From Marsupella aquatica (Eukaryota > Plantae > Marchantiophyta): DNA of 64,000 nucleotides. The stretch spans positions 5,467,227-5,531,226 of the forward strand of contig OZ316897.1 of assembly GCA_973895155.1 (NCBI GenBank), read 5' to 3'. Position numbers and translations under genes: made by a program. The notes under the pieces are model-generated. The model was not told the origin of the DNA. It did not search any database and was given only the letters and a program-made list of their open reading frames with translations. Of this stretch, positions 23,135-35,528 are shown in pieces. Position 1 is the first letter of the stretch; every line of letters begins with the position of its first letter.

Positions 23135-26100
23135 GGAAACTTAAACAAACGACTCTGCAAGATCAAGACTGAATGAAAGTTTCTTGGATGAAACCGGACG
23201 CGGGAACGCAAAAAACGTTTCTGAGAACGAAGAACTCCAAATGATGAGAGACAAACTCGCCGGCCAGGTTTTGGTGACAGAGGTGAGAATGTTTGGACCC
23301 CGGATGGACGTCTTAGATGTAATGGTTTCCGATCGTGCAATAGACGACCGAGATGCGTTGATAGATTTTTGAGATCTCTCGATTGTGAAAACTTTAATGC
23401 ACACGTGCGTATTTGGACCACATCACGGATTTCTTGTCTGTTGTTAGAGTTATAACGTACGAACTTTGATGATAGCGCCAAGTGCTATTATTATGATTGG
23501 AGTTTTCCCTCTCCTCCTTGCCATGCGGTACTGTCTTTGGTCCAGAGTCATGCTTCCATTGTGACGTTGTTCTCCATTCACAAAAGTAGCGTCCGACGCT
23601 ATTAAACTAATGACCAATCAGTTGGTTCAATATAGTCGTTGAATAACGACAAAAATCAATTGATTTACATCGTCCAAACGCTTAACGTATCTTTTTTTGT
23701 CATTATTCAATGTTCGTTTATACTGTTGTTACTAACCTCGTACATCAAACAAGCCTTAAACCGATTGGCAAAGTAAGACAACGATTATTCTCTTCCGCTA
23801 AAATGGGAGGATCGATTGTAGTTAGACGCAAGGACACGCGGGATGTTGTCACGGTTATCGTATCCCCTGAATCTCAGTCAAGGAGAGTTTCGGATGAATA
23901 CTTGGGGTTAAGATTTGATGTTTCAAAAGAGTGTATTCTCTCGGTGTCCCTCCTCCCTAAGGATTCGAAGGCAAATACCATCTTCTACGATATCGTTGTT
24001 GGACTCAGGTTTTGGATGATGTATCTGGATAAAGTATATGGGTCTTTGTTTTGGAAGATTCTATAGTATTGGAAGATCTATGTCCTGTTCCCAGTGGTGT
24101 TGATGTTGTCAATCTCTCTAACACTTTGGAAGATGAGGGGAAAAATTCTCCCCTTTCCTTTCATGTCCCAAAAAGGATCCCAGTGGATCCCTTGGTTGTG
24201 AAGATGGAGGTACGAGATGTTCCAATTGTATATCGACAAAGTGGGATGGATACTATCCTAAAATCAAAGGGGCATAGTGAGTTATCTTGTTTCATTAGGG
24301 AGAAGGATTTCATGCATCAGATAGTTCCCAGCCTCCTGATGACATACAATGGGAATGTTGTGTTTGAGTTGCCTCCAGTCGATTGCGTGAATTCAAAAGG
24401 GGAACGACTGAAGGACATGGACCGCGGGAAGGATTGCTATTATTGGACGCGCATCATCAAAACATCTTTGAATGTTTTACCGAAGAAGATGTGGGATTTT
24501 GGTAAGGTTCAGTGCACCGGTTCTCTTGAATGTCGGAATAATTCCTGCCAATTCTGAAGAGACAAAAAGACTAGGAACAACCAAGTCTGGGCAAGATCAC
24601 CAAAACTCTCAGGAACCTTTTGAGTTGGAGAACTCATCTCGCAAGGTGGTATTGTCTGTCACCATTGCTCTGAACCTCCGATGTGTACGAGATTGTGTCC
24701 GGCCATGATGTTCTATATGTATCCTTCGGGCAAAGTGGATTCAACACATTTGGCATATATGTCCCGGCTGGCTGTGCCATGGGATTTCACAATCATCCCA
24801 GTCGTTGGGTGTGGTCGAGAGAGGCTGAAAAGGTCGCTAAGACTCACCTTGCAAAGGAGTTCCAGGCTAATCCATGAGCTATGCCCGTTGGGATAAAAAA
24901 TGCGGCTACAGACTCTCTCACCAATGCCCTCTGTGAGGAATCCGTGGAGGAAATGTCATCGGAAGAGGAGAAGGAGATATGGGAGTCCCTCATGGTTGTT
25001 GCTACACCACAAAAGTTTGCTTCTGTTCTGCGAAGTGTGAGGCAAGACCAGAAAGGTAAAGGTGAGCTTGAATATTTGGTGCGAATGCAAAAGTGTGTGA
25101 GACTTCCCTTTCTTCATAGGTATTTGCTTCCAGGCGAAGGATGTCAAGATGAAAGTGCTCACATCTTCAAGATGACTGTGCAAGGCAAAGGATCTGGGAT
25201 TGACCTTCTCTGAAAAATGCAGCCTGGTGGTTCATTGGAGAGGTCATGGGTGAGTTTCAACGTCATGCATAGAATTACATCAGACTGGCTAACTTTTAGT
25301 GTTCATGTATATGATCATCACTATCGGGCACTTTGTACAATTTTCACTTGTGAGTTAAAGGCTGAAGACACCAAGTCCTTAGAGAGAGCGTGGCGATTGA
25401 TGATAGAAGTTGCAAGTGAAAATGGCCTGGAGAACATTCAAATTCGAGGATTCATGGCAAACAATGCCCAGGCTAGTTGGAATGCGGTGCAAAATGTTTT
25501 CTTCAATGGGGTACCTGATCTTGATCGAGAGCGATCAAATGCGTTTCATTTTTATCAGTCTTTTTGTCAGCATTCACGCGAAGGTGTTCTAGAAGGAAAA
25601 CTCGAAGAACACAAGAAGATGTGGGACGGTCTTCGTAACACAAAAACATTTTTGAACACATATTGTATGTCAAGAGAGATCGACGATTGGTGGCAAGCTA
25701 GAAATTGCCATCAGGGGAAGCTTCAAATCTTGCAAGGATGGCTCTCACGGTGGGTCGTCCGTTGGAGACAGTGGGGAAACTTCATAAGACTGGTAAGTCT
25801 TTTCTTATATTCACGATAGTCCGTTACCAATGTTTTGTAATAGCGCCCAGCGCTAATATGGAAAATGAGTACTCGGAGTCCAATGCCTTGTTACAGTATA
25901 GTAGCGCCAAGCGCTAGTGTGAACAAGCAAACTTTTGCAACTACGAACATGGCATTGATGCAAGAGATTTGATAGCGCCAGACGCTACTTATAGTTATAG
26001 TCCATATAGCATAAATACAAACTCCACTTGTCGCGAATTACTGTAGTTGCTAAATATATTTATTCATTTCTGATGACAGAGCAAGAGTGCTGAGGAGGCA

Positions 26101-27057
26101 GGTATGATTCCGAATTGTACTGGTTCAGAATCGGTCCATGCAGGCATGAAGGCGTGGCAAATGAAGAAGTGGGTTGGCCTCATGGAGGGATGCAAAACTG
26201 ACCCAAATCGAGCCATATGTCAGATCACAGCTTATACTGCATACGGTCGAGGATTACATCGGGGAACTAGACCCACTATCTTTGAGCTGGCTTTCAGATT
26301 TGTGGACATGATAGGGTCTCCACGTCTATTTGAAGAAGCGACCAATCTCCTTCTTTCCAATGCAGCTGAATTTGATCTGGAAAGAACTATTCCGTTGAAT
26401 GGAGACGTCATCACTCGATCGGTGAAACAAAAAGGTAATGCAAGTGGGAATGTCTCAGCACAAGACTCTCACAAGCATGATACTATCCTTATGACTTCAC
26501 CAAATACAAGGGGTTTGAAGAGGAGAAACCTCCATTCCACAGACTTTGAGAAGATGTCTTCCACACCTTCTGCTGGTGGAAGTGGTGTCGTTAATTTGTC
26601 TCAAACTGAGAGTGAAGATTTTGAGGAGGTCATCGTCCTTGAGACACCCTCACGTCAAACGACAAGATCTTCTATTCCTCCCGTCAGACATGAAGCTGGG
26701 ACCGTGCCTAAGGAATCTCTTCTCCCGATGGAAATTGACATAGCTCCAAGTCTCTGGCAGCTCCGACGAACTGCAAAACGTCGTGTTGGTCCAGCTTGTA
26801 ATGGGACCCTCGATTGGAGAGGAAGCCGCGATGAATGTCGAAATCAAGTAAAGAAGGTTGGGTTTCCAAATCCAGAAGGAGTTGTCACAATATCTGTAAG
26901 AGAACCTCATCCGGACCAGATATGGTTTTGCCCAAACAACAAATGTCACAAAAGTTGGCCAAGAAGAGGAGTTTCAAATATTCCCAATATACCACCCGTT
27001 CTTCCCATTGCGAGAGGGACCAATCTCCAGGAGGGCGAGATCCAATTCTTGAGAGAA

Positions 27058-30000
27058 TGTGATGCCTAGACAGGAATCACTCGGCCGGTTAAGTGGGTAA
27101 AGCAGGAAGGCACCCTAGGAACACCTTAGTATAGGGACAAAACAAGGAAAATATAAACAATTAGGGGCAACCATGGAACCCGGGCAGAGGCCGGAGGTAA
27201 GGCTGAGGGTGAAAACCCGATTAGGGTTAGGGCGCGTTAAGCGTCGGCGGCTAGGAAGGATCAACGGGAAGAAGGACCGGCAGAGGAGAGGGGTAAGGAG
27301 CGCTTGCAGGAGATGGTGGCTCATTTGCGAGCACGAACTAGGCAGATGACTACGGGAGGCCAACTACTGTCAGCTGCTTAGGCAAGCACTCGGGGAGAGA
27401 ATAGATACCGACGATCGACCTAAGGAGGGTATGAGCAACGTCAATCAAGCGGCACATTTCTGGGGATGCCTGTTCGAACGGGCAACTGAGTACATCAAGA
27501 CTTACGAGGACGAGGAGTCAGAAAGGGCAGCTCGAGAACGGCAGGAGCTCGCTCGATTGTGGGAGCTGCAGAAGACGGCTTTCTTAGGAGGCGAACTCAT
27601 CAAGGACGAGTTCCTGTGGACGCCTACTTCCAATCAACTCGACGATCTTCTGTTTTGCAAAGACAGCGTCGTCGGCATCCGAGAGGCCATCAAGAACTGC
27701 AACGACATACACTGGGAATTAAAGGGTAGCACGGAAAGGTGGACCCAGGCAACGGTGCTAGGAGAAACCTCCACGGCAGCAGAGATGAAGAGGAAGGGGG
27801 CCGTCAACGATGAAGCCACCCCGGCAAAAAGAACGAGGTCGGCGGCACCAAAGAGGCCAGCCGAGCAGCAGAGCAGGAGGCAGGGAGAAGCCGAAGAGGA
27901 GGAGGTCGATCCCATCAAGGCCATTCCAACCAGGGATGACACCTGGAAAGGCTGGGCGGCAACCCTACCGGTGGAGGTGCAACTACATTTTGCACGGGAG
28001 GAGGATGCATGCTTTACGGCCATGCAGACCAAGAAGTACCAAGGCTTCATGGCCGGATCCGGCTTGGAGGCCTTTGTAAGATTACCATGGCTGAAGCCGG
28101 AGGTACCAGAGTCAGACCTATTAGAATTCGTGGGGTCATGGGGACCCGAGACCAATTGCACGAGGATATATGGGAAGGATTTCTATCTTACTCCCAAGGT
28201 AATTGCCGAAGTGTTTGGCTTGCCGATAGGCAATAAGACCAAAGTTGATACCAGGAAGACCTTGCCTGACAAGGAGTTCCGGTCGTTCCCCGGGCCATCA
28301 ACGAAGAATGGCTTCTTCCGGAACACCTGCACCAACCCGCACATAGGAGAGATGATCGACTTCTTGCGGGTGACCATGCATTGTAACTTGCCGAGGGCAG
28401 AGATCGGCAAGGCACAGGTCTATCTGGCAGAAAGGCCAGACCCAAGCCGGGACTACAACGGGTACCTCCTCAACCAATTGAAGAAGATCTTAAAGGAGGA
28501 GCAGCAGGTAATCGGCATGGGGAGCGTGTCGCGGCTTGGCTATCACATGCCGCTGTTGTGCCGGTATGCCAGAGGTCAGACTTTTGCCCCGGTACTTCCC
28601 CTGCAGGTAAGGGCACCCGAGGAAGCTCCAACGCCGAGGCCGTTGGCTGAGAAGCCTCAACCACCTGTTAGTCCTACGATCGAGCAGGTGTTTAGGCCCA
28701 GGAAGGAAGACTTGCCGATGCAGCAACCAGGCATGCAGAGTCTGCTAAAACTACTGGAGAAAGAAAAGAAATCGGCATCGGCAACAACAACGGCAACGGC
28801 AACAATGCAGGACACTACTACAGAGGTAGGCCTACACCGGCTCACAAGAGAAAACCCCTTTGCTGGAGACAAGGAGAGAATCAGGCCGGAATCCAAGCCA
28901 GGTGTTCGAATGTACGTGGGAACCTCAAGCTCCGAATCTGAGGCAAAATTGCCTGAAGCTCCTACCGACGAAGAGGAGAGGGAGAAGCCGGACGTCCAAG
29001 AGGTAGAGGAGGCAGTGGAGGACTGCAGCCATGATAATTCCGGCTATGGGTCGGACCATCACGTTCCAGGAGTAAGGACCTGTGGCCGGTTTGTCCCCAC
29101 ACTTCCAAGGGTAGTGCGAGGGGACCCCAACCAGCAGAGTAGCCCTGAGTCTCCCCCACCAGATGTTGCTCCCCCGAGCTTCGACGGCATAAAACAGACG
29201 GTGCAGGAATTTCAGGAGCGAATCAAGCAGGAGGAGGAGGCCGCCCTGGCTAAGGAAAAGGATTTACCAGGAGGAGATTGGCCGGAGGACATCAGGCGGC
29301 TAGCCGAAAAAGGAAGCAAACCTCTAGCCACGATTGAAGAGATCCGCAGGACGGCTTGGGAGCAGAGGCCACAATGGGCGATGCCGATCACTTCTACTTA
29401 CTCCACCTACGCTAAGAATAGAGCCATGGAGTATGGTGAGATGTGTGGGGAACTTGCGCTCGGCATCTTTGGAGAGGAGTTGGAGGTAGGACCCTTTTTC
29501 CATAGGGAGCAGTTGGAGAAGCACCAATTAGAAGAAGCGGTGGCTTTAGAGAGAAGCAAGAAGGACGAGGTCATTCGGCGGCTTAGGAGGATGGAAGCCG
29601 AGATTGAAGATCTAAGGGCGGCCAAGAAAGCCCAAGATGAACTGCGGATTAAACGACATGAGCTGAACATCATGCAGGGGCAGTTGGACACCGCGCAGGC
29701 TGATAATCAGAATATCAAGGATAAACTGACTCAGACGCAGGAAGAGTTGGCCGACAAGATCAAAGAGAGGGAGAAGTGGAAGCAAGAGCTGAAGAATATA
29801 GAGGAGGCCCACATAACAGCCAACAGCCGGGCCATGGCGGAGACCCAAAGAAAGGAATGGGCGTTGAAAGGGGAGCTCGAGAAAATCCGCGGAGCCCTTG
29901 AGCAGAAGGAGGTCGAGTTAGGGAAATCCTATCAAGGGATTATGGCGCTGCAGCAGGAGCTTGCGTCCCTGACGGCCAGCTTCAAGGCCGACCTAAGGGA

Positions 30001-31693
30001 GAAGGACGAGATGCTCGAACAGACTTATGCCAAGATGAACCAGATGGAGTCTGTCATCATTGCAGAGCTCGACAAGGAGCTAAGAGCAACCCAGGAGGAG
30101 AGGGCTACCTTGAAGAAGGAATTGGAGGAAGCCCACAGGGAGCAGGAGGAGGCCAAAAACGAGCTGGAGGGGGCACGTAAGGACCTGGATGAAACCCAAG
30201 AGGAGTTGGAGGAAATCACGAGGAAGATGGAGAACCTACAGCGGCGGGCCGACAACCAAATAGAGCGGCTGAAGAAACAAGCCGCAGTATTTAAATGCTT
30301 AGCTGCAGCAGGTCCATCTCCCGTTGGGACAAACCAGTTACCAGGGGTGGTAATTGCCGAAGGACAAGCCGCGCCACCTGCACCAGTGCCGGAAGTAAGT
30401 GGGAAGGGGAAGGGACCAGCTGCCGAGCCACCAACGAAGAAGAAGCGGAAACCTTCAGGGTCAAGGAGTAATACGACTTCACAGGCCGTGGTGATCAAGG
30501 AGGTAGACCCAGCACCAACCCCAGACAGGGTCACGGCTAGGGATCCAACTACCCTAGGGGAAGGGGAGGCCGAAGCCGAGGGAGTGGCTGAGGCCAAAGC
30601 CGTGGGTATTGCCGAGGCCGGTGTCGAGGCTGAAGCCGAAGGTGGACCCAGTCAGGCCGATGGAGAGTTGACTCAGTCAAGGGCAGGTAATCTGTCAGAG
30701 AATGAACCTACGGCAGTGGCTGAGGAGGAAGCGTTGGGGGCGTCCATTAAGGATCCACCACCGGTGTCGTGACGGTGCAAGGGCGCCGTTCCTTTTAGGG
30801 AGGGTGGACGTGGAGGGAGGAGGCGTGAGTGGGCAGGGCGGGCGCGGATCTCCACGTTTAGGATTAGGATCAGAACCAGGAGCGGCCCTGACACTTAGCT
30901 TAGTGGGATTGCGGTCCCACTGGTAGGAGCAACACTTGTGCTCCTGCCTTGCTGTACATAGGTAGATTCGGGCAAGTAGATTACTGTTAAGTAGATTAGG
31001 CTTACGATGCAAAGAATGGCGGATCCACTACCAGGATAAGTACCTGGGCAGCGGGGAGCTCAGGGCCTCTTCTTTAGCAAGTTTTTAGTTTGCACCAGCC
31101 GGGCTGGGATCAAGTAGTACGAGAAGCTCTCGGTTAGTCATACAGTGACCCTTGTGTATATTCATGTTTCCTCATGCCTAAGAGCTGAATAGAGTTGGCC
31201 TCACGGCTTAGTTCGCAGAACTTGTGTATGAGATGTACTGTTTGTATGGCAAGTGCATGGTATGACTCAGTCAGAATGAGTCATTTTGCTATTTGTGTGT
31301 CGCATTAACTTGTGTGAAGAGTGCCCACATCAACAGAAGGAAGGAAAGTAAGCAGGGGAGTGAGAGTTGGATGTGTCGAGCTGAGAGAGGTCTTAGCGGC
31401 TTAACCAAGCCTATTGGGGATCATTCCGGCGGCGGAATCCAAACATACCTAACAAGACGGAGGGGAAGACAGGGGAAGACAGGGGAAGGCCTATATTAGG
31501 CCGGCTACGTATCTCATGACCCGATGAAGGATCTGTCCAGTATATGTGTGTAAAATGTTAATAGTAGTAGTAGAAGGTTAGCAGCGTCCCATGCCGCTAA
31601 GCCGCGGAAACGGCCTCGCCAAGCACGAAACCTGCGGGAATCGACTTGAGCTGGGGGGTTTCTTGGGTTTAGGGAGCCATGGGACGCACCACA
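27058..31693 (+). mobile_element. 4636-bp solo LTR carrying a long internal ORF
   Basis: TGTGATGC...GCACCACA termini and perfect TSD GAGAA (27053-27057 and 31694-31698). The interrupted transposase frame continues colinearly after it. Confidence 0.85.
27431..30772 (+). CDS. 1113-aa LTR-encoded protein: plant-mobile-domain/Transposase_32-like region, disordered linker, long coiled coil
   Basis: Uninterrupted ORF. GLEAFVRLPW..LLEFVGSW..IYGKDFYLTPKVIAEVFGLP resembles accessory ORFs of plant LTR elements. E/K/Q-rich heptads. No gag/pol motifs. Probably starts further upstream, as in the copy at 48409. Confidence 0.7.
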   Translation: MSNVNQAAHFWGCLFERATEYIKTYEDEESERAARERQELARLWELQKTAFLGGELIKDEFLWTPTSNQLDDLLFCKDSVVGIREAIKNCNDIHWELKGSTERWTQATVLGETSTAAEMKRKGAVNDEATPAKRTRSAAPKRPAEQQSRRQGEAEEEEVDPIKAIPTRDDTWKGWAATLPVEVQLHFAREEDACFTAMQTKKYQGFMAGSGLEAFVRLPWLKPEVPESDLLEFVGSWGPETNCTRIYGKDFYLTPKVIAEVFGLPIGNKTKVDTRKTLPDKEFRSFPGPSTKNGFFRNTCTNPHIGEMIDFLRVTMHCNLPRAEIGKAQVYLAERPDPSRDYNGYLLNQLKKILKEEQQVIGMGSVSRLGYHMPLLCRYARGQTFAPVLPLQVRAPEEAPTPRPLAEKPQPPVSPTIEQVFRPRKEDLPMQQPGMQSLLKLLEKEKKSASATTTATATMQDTTTEVGLHRLTRENPFAGDKERIRPESKPGVRMYVGTSSSESEAKLPEAPTDEEEREKPDVQEVEEAVEDCSHDNSGYGSDHHVPGVRTCGRFVPTLPRVVRGDPNQQSSPESPPPDVAPPSFDGIKQTVQEFQERIKQEEEAALAKEKDLPGGDWPEDIRRLAEKGSKPLATIEEIRRTAWEQRPQWAMPITSTYSTYAKNRAMEYGEMCGELALGIFGEELEVGPFFHREQLEKHQLEEAVALERSKKDEVIRRLRRMEAEIEDLRAAKKAQDELRIKRHELNIMQGQLDTAQADNQNIKDKLTQTQEELADKIKEREKWKQELKNIEEAHITANSRAMAETQRKEWALKGELEKIRGALEQKEVELGKSYQGIMALQQELASLTASFKADLREKDEMLEQTYAKMNQMESVIIAELDKELRATQEERATLKKELEEAHREQEEAKNELEGARKDLDETQEELEEITRKMENLQRRADNQIERLKKQAAVFKCLAAAGPSPVGTNQLPGVVIAEGQAAPPAPVPEVSGKGKGPAAEPPTKKKRKPSGSRSNTTSQAVVIKEVDPAPTPDRVTARDPTTLGEGEAEAEGVAEAKAVGIAEAGVEAEAEGGPSQADGELTQSRAGNLSENEPTAVAEEEALGASIKDPPPVS

Positions 31694-31804
31694 GAGAACA
31701 AGGTCTAATTGGTACAGGTTAGGTAAGGGAAGGTCAGGAGCCATCCCCGTCTGAGTTGCGCATCGATGTGAATTTGTTCCAAGAGAGGATCAATTTAGCG
31801 GACC

Positions 31805-34706
31805 TGTGACGCCGATGACATGGTCCTTATTCTTTAATCTGATTAACTAGGCTGCTATATGCAAGGAGTAGCTATTGATATTGCATAACAATTAGCAAGA
31901 TGGCAAGAATAAGGGCAATCATGGCATTAAGAGTAGGGAAATAAAAGCTATGTCACGGGTGGTCGGCGACCATATCTCTTTCAATATGTCACCAAATCCA
32001 GATCTGTAAAGAGCATTGGAAAGATCTGGTCAAGGCGAGTAAAATCGATATAAAACACTCTCAAAATGGGGGTGTATTAGGAAAGATATGATCTTATTAG
32101 TGTGACAAGTTAGTGTGTAACCTGGGATAGCGGATATGGATAGAGGTTAGCGGACACGGATAGCGGATAGAGGTTAGCGGACACGGATAGCAGATACGGA
32201 TAGAGGTTAGCGGACACGGATAGCGGATACGGATAGAAGTTAGCGGACACGGATAGCTGACATGGATAACGGATAACGGACACGGACAACGGACACGGAT
32301 AATAGACAGCAGGCATAGATAGCGGACACGGATAACGGACACGGACAACGAACACGGACAACGGACATGGACAATGGACACGGATAACGGACACGGATAG
32401 CGGACACGGACACGGATAGCGGCTTAGCCCGAGGCCACGGGTTAACTCTTCTAAGGTTAGATAGGATAGCTAGGCTAGCCGAACTCGGGTTAGCTATGTA
32501 ACTCGGGTTAGCGTAGCAATGAGTACCCCCTCTCGGTTGTAGGGGCATAACTTTTTGTGTATTTGGCCAAATCGGCTATAATTGACCTCGTTGGAAAGAG
32601 GAGCTCAAGTCGCTTCCAACGCTGCTATCCACGTAGAAAATGGTTGAATAGAGAAATCGGGAGAGGAAGCGCAAGCTCGTGAAAACCATGGAGGAGGGCC
32701 AAATCCGAAGTACATAGCCAATTCGAGATAGAAATAAAGTTGCGAGTTAGGGTTCAGTAGTTAGAGATAGTGGCGGCTCTGTTAGGGCTGGGATGGGGCT
32801 CCAACAGCGTAGTATCCACCCATTTGGGCTCAGTATGAGAGTATATAGAGCAGCCCCCCGGTAGAGGCAAGGGGGGGGGACTTCAGTTGTGTGATCTCAC
32901 TTAGACTGAGCAGCAGGGAGGAGCTCTGTGCAAGCAAGGCTAGACTTGGACGCTGCGTGTTGGGGAGAGCTTGGTTGTGCTATTACTCAGGGAGTAATCA
33001 GCCAAGCTTCACAACAACGGGTTGCTAGGTTTGCGAGCTGGATTGTGGCTTTTCTAGTGGGTAGCACAACTGGGTTCTTTTCCCCCGATACAGAGCCTTG
33101 GTGATAGGTGATGTATTGGTGATTGTAAACTGTGGGGAGGATGTCAATTTGATTTGTGGTGAGCACATTAGGGAGGCTGCGATACTGATTGAGGGGCAGC
33201 AGAAGGAGCATTTACAGTTCGGTCTGGCAAGGCTACGTGATCCATGGGGAGTCCCGGCCTTTGTCTGGTAGAGAGTACTAAGGGATTTATGGCCAGAGCT
33301 GAGCTTGCAAGGCAAGCATGAGGCCGGGCCTCATTGCAATCTGGGGTAGATCGCCGTTAGGCCTAGTACCAGCTTTGAAGTCGAGTCAACTATGCATGCG
33401 TAACTTGACGTTCTGAATTGGAGGTGTGAGATCTGTATGTGCCCCCAAGAATGAAGTGCAGTGAAGGAGGTTGAGTTCAGGATTGAGTTTGCAAGGCAAG
33501 TACGGGATTGGTTTGAGTCCAATCTGCAGTCGCAATCTAGAGTGAGTTGGGCTCAGGTTCAGGATTGAGCTTGCATGGCAAGCATGGGGCTTGCGGGGCA
33601 AGCACGTCACAATCTGGAGGAGACAGCCTTCGGCCCTAGTGTTTGGATCAAGTGTTCTCAGTGAACTATTGTGCACATCTTTTAATCTAATTGAGTTTTC
33701 CTCTCAGGCCTCATTTCTCTCATGGATGTGTGTGTGTGTGAGGCAATCTGAGTGTATGATGGGACTAGCAGCACCATTGAGAGGTGTACAGGGTGCATTG
33801 AAGTGGGCTGGGTGAGGATTGTCATAGCTCTGATTGCTGAGAGTGGAATGGCAGAGTGGTGGGGCAATGGCTTAGAAGTCCCTAAGCCGGGAATCAATCA
33901 GGAGTCACTGGTTTATGGGTACATTCCGGCGGCGGAATAGAAACATACCTATGACAGTAAGCATACGTATAGACCTATGTGCACTGTAGCGCTAGGCCCT
34001 GTGTGTACGGGCCCGATATGAAGACCCCTTCTCACCAGAACTATCATGAGCACAAATCTGATCCCCAACCTTGGTTCCTTGGGATTGAGCTTGGTGATGT
34101 GTGATAGAGTCTTGCTATGATAGTCTGGTGTTAAGGGCATAAATTGGTGTTTACCGGCCTTCACAACATCCCTTTGTGATCCTCAGGTACAAGGAGATGG
34201 TTTTGGCACCCATAGTGACGTTTTTGGTGTTAAGACCCATGTCAATCGCGTGACATTTTTGGCTCTAGATGGAGGGGATGGAGCTATGTTGTGATGCTGG
34301 TAAGAGTTCTTATCTTGTGAGGAAGGAGTATCCTCTATTGGTGCTGGATTTCAGAAGTGCAGGAGTATGTACAGTGAGGGGAGCAAAGCAGTATGTTCAT
34401 ATTTGAAGCTCACTTGTGTACATTGGCATGCTAAGGAGGAGGTTCTGGCCTGTCTGCACGGGGAATCTCAGCTTGGAAGGAGGCAAAAGAGAAGTTAGTA
34501 TTTTGTCTCCCTCTAGATCCAGGATGTTGTGTGAAGCGGGGACGCTTCACAGTTAAGTAGGGGGATATGTGACGCCGATGACATGGTCCTTATTCTTTAA
34601 TCTGATTAACTAGACTACTTATGCAAGGAGTAGCTATTGATATTGCATAACAATTAGCAAGATGGCAAGAATAAGGGCAATCATGGCATTAAGAGTAGGG
34701 AAATAA
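31805..34706 (+). mobile_element. Non-autonomous LTR element: 5' LTR ~31805-34165, short internal region with PPT, 3' LTR from 34568 truncated by MULE copy B
   Basis: ~140-bp direct repeat starting TGTGACGCC at 31805 and 34568. PPT AAGTAGGGGGATA precedes 34568. Probable LTR end TCACA at 34165. Confidence 0.7.
32125..32422. repeat. Degenerate tandem array of CGGACA/CGGATA(G) units inside the LTR
   Basis: Visible 6-7-bp unit repetition with ~24-30-bp higher-order periodicity. Confidence 0.85.
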
Positions 34707-35528
34707 GGGGTATTTACATAAGACAGGAAACAAGAAAACAGGAAACCCAAAACAGGAACCGATGACAGGAAATAGGAAACCGAATACACCAAACTTAAAC
34801 GAAAAATACCGGAAACTTTTCTATTGTTAAGCAAGAACTTGACACCCAAAACGGGTTGTTTAGAAGATTGTAGTCAAGTCCAAAAAAAATGATGTAGAAT
34901 AGCAACAGGCGCTCGAATACTAAGCCGAGGGGAACGGTACATTTGAACCTGGGTTATACTAAAAAGCACAGGCACGCACCAGGTGCTGCCATTGTAATTG
35001 TACAAAATGGAGCTCTAAACAAGAAACTCGGGTGCCTCCGTCGGACCGGTGAAGATACTAGCGCCAGGCGCTAGTTATATCGCCCAGTCAGACGGAGGCC
35101 AACGTGATAAATACGATGAACCCACCGGGACCATCGGACCGACGTTTAGGGTTTTACATCCAAAAGAGCCAACTCCAACCAATTCGCATAATTGAACGCC
35201 ACCCCAAAATCCACAAAGTCTTGCGATACAATCTTTTTTAGTAAGATGGTAGTGCCAGGCGCTTACAAAAGATCAAAGTGATCCGCATAACCACACCGTA
35301 AACGGAAGGTATGAAAGTTTCAAAAAGCTACGCACATCCGACGCCTCTCGCTTAAAACGGCCGAACAGTAAACTAGTGCTAGGCACTTCACCGAACTCCA
35401 CACAATCGATAACCAAAATGGCTACATCTAACGACAAGATTTCTAAATTCCGGTCGAGTCCCCACGAAGTCTTCATCACATTCGAAAAAACTTGAGCGCT
35501 ATGGGCACCATAGTCTTAGAGACCAACG

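Larger units (their letters stand above)
22557..31804. mobile_element. MULE copy C (both ends lost to insertions; interrupted by solo LTR 27058-31693)
   Basis: Transposase is homologous to copy A with the same intron. Palindromes at 23473, 23587, 25841, 25902 and 25973. Segment 23462-23497 matches copy A 4380-4415. Confidence 0.75.
23803..31804 (+). pseudogene. MULE transposase, copy C
   Basis: Fragments 23803-25792, intron 25793-26079, exon 26080-27057. Resumes after the solo LTR at 31694-31804 (PSPSELRIDVNLFQERINLAD vs PSPFELRINIDVFPEKIDLAQ in copy A). D1 and D2 are mutated to N; multiple frameshifts. Confidence 0.8.

Noticed and set aside
27060-31332. TGATG...CATCA as TIRs of a DNA transposon
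   Set aside because: No TSD at those ends. The true boundaries 27058-31693 have TG..CA, the GAGAA TSD and host-frame continuity.
32097-32548. Cys/Pro/Val-rich ORFs
   Set aside because: Translations of a short tandem repeat.
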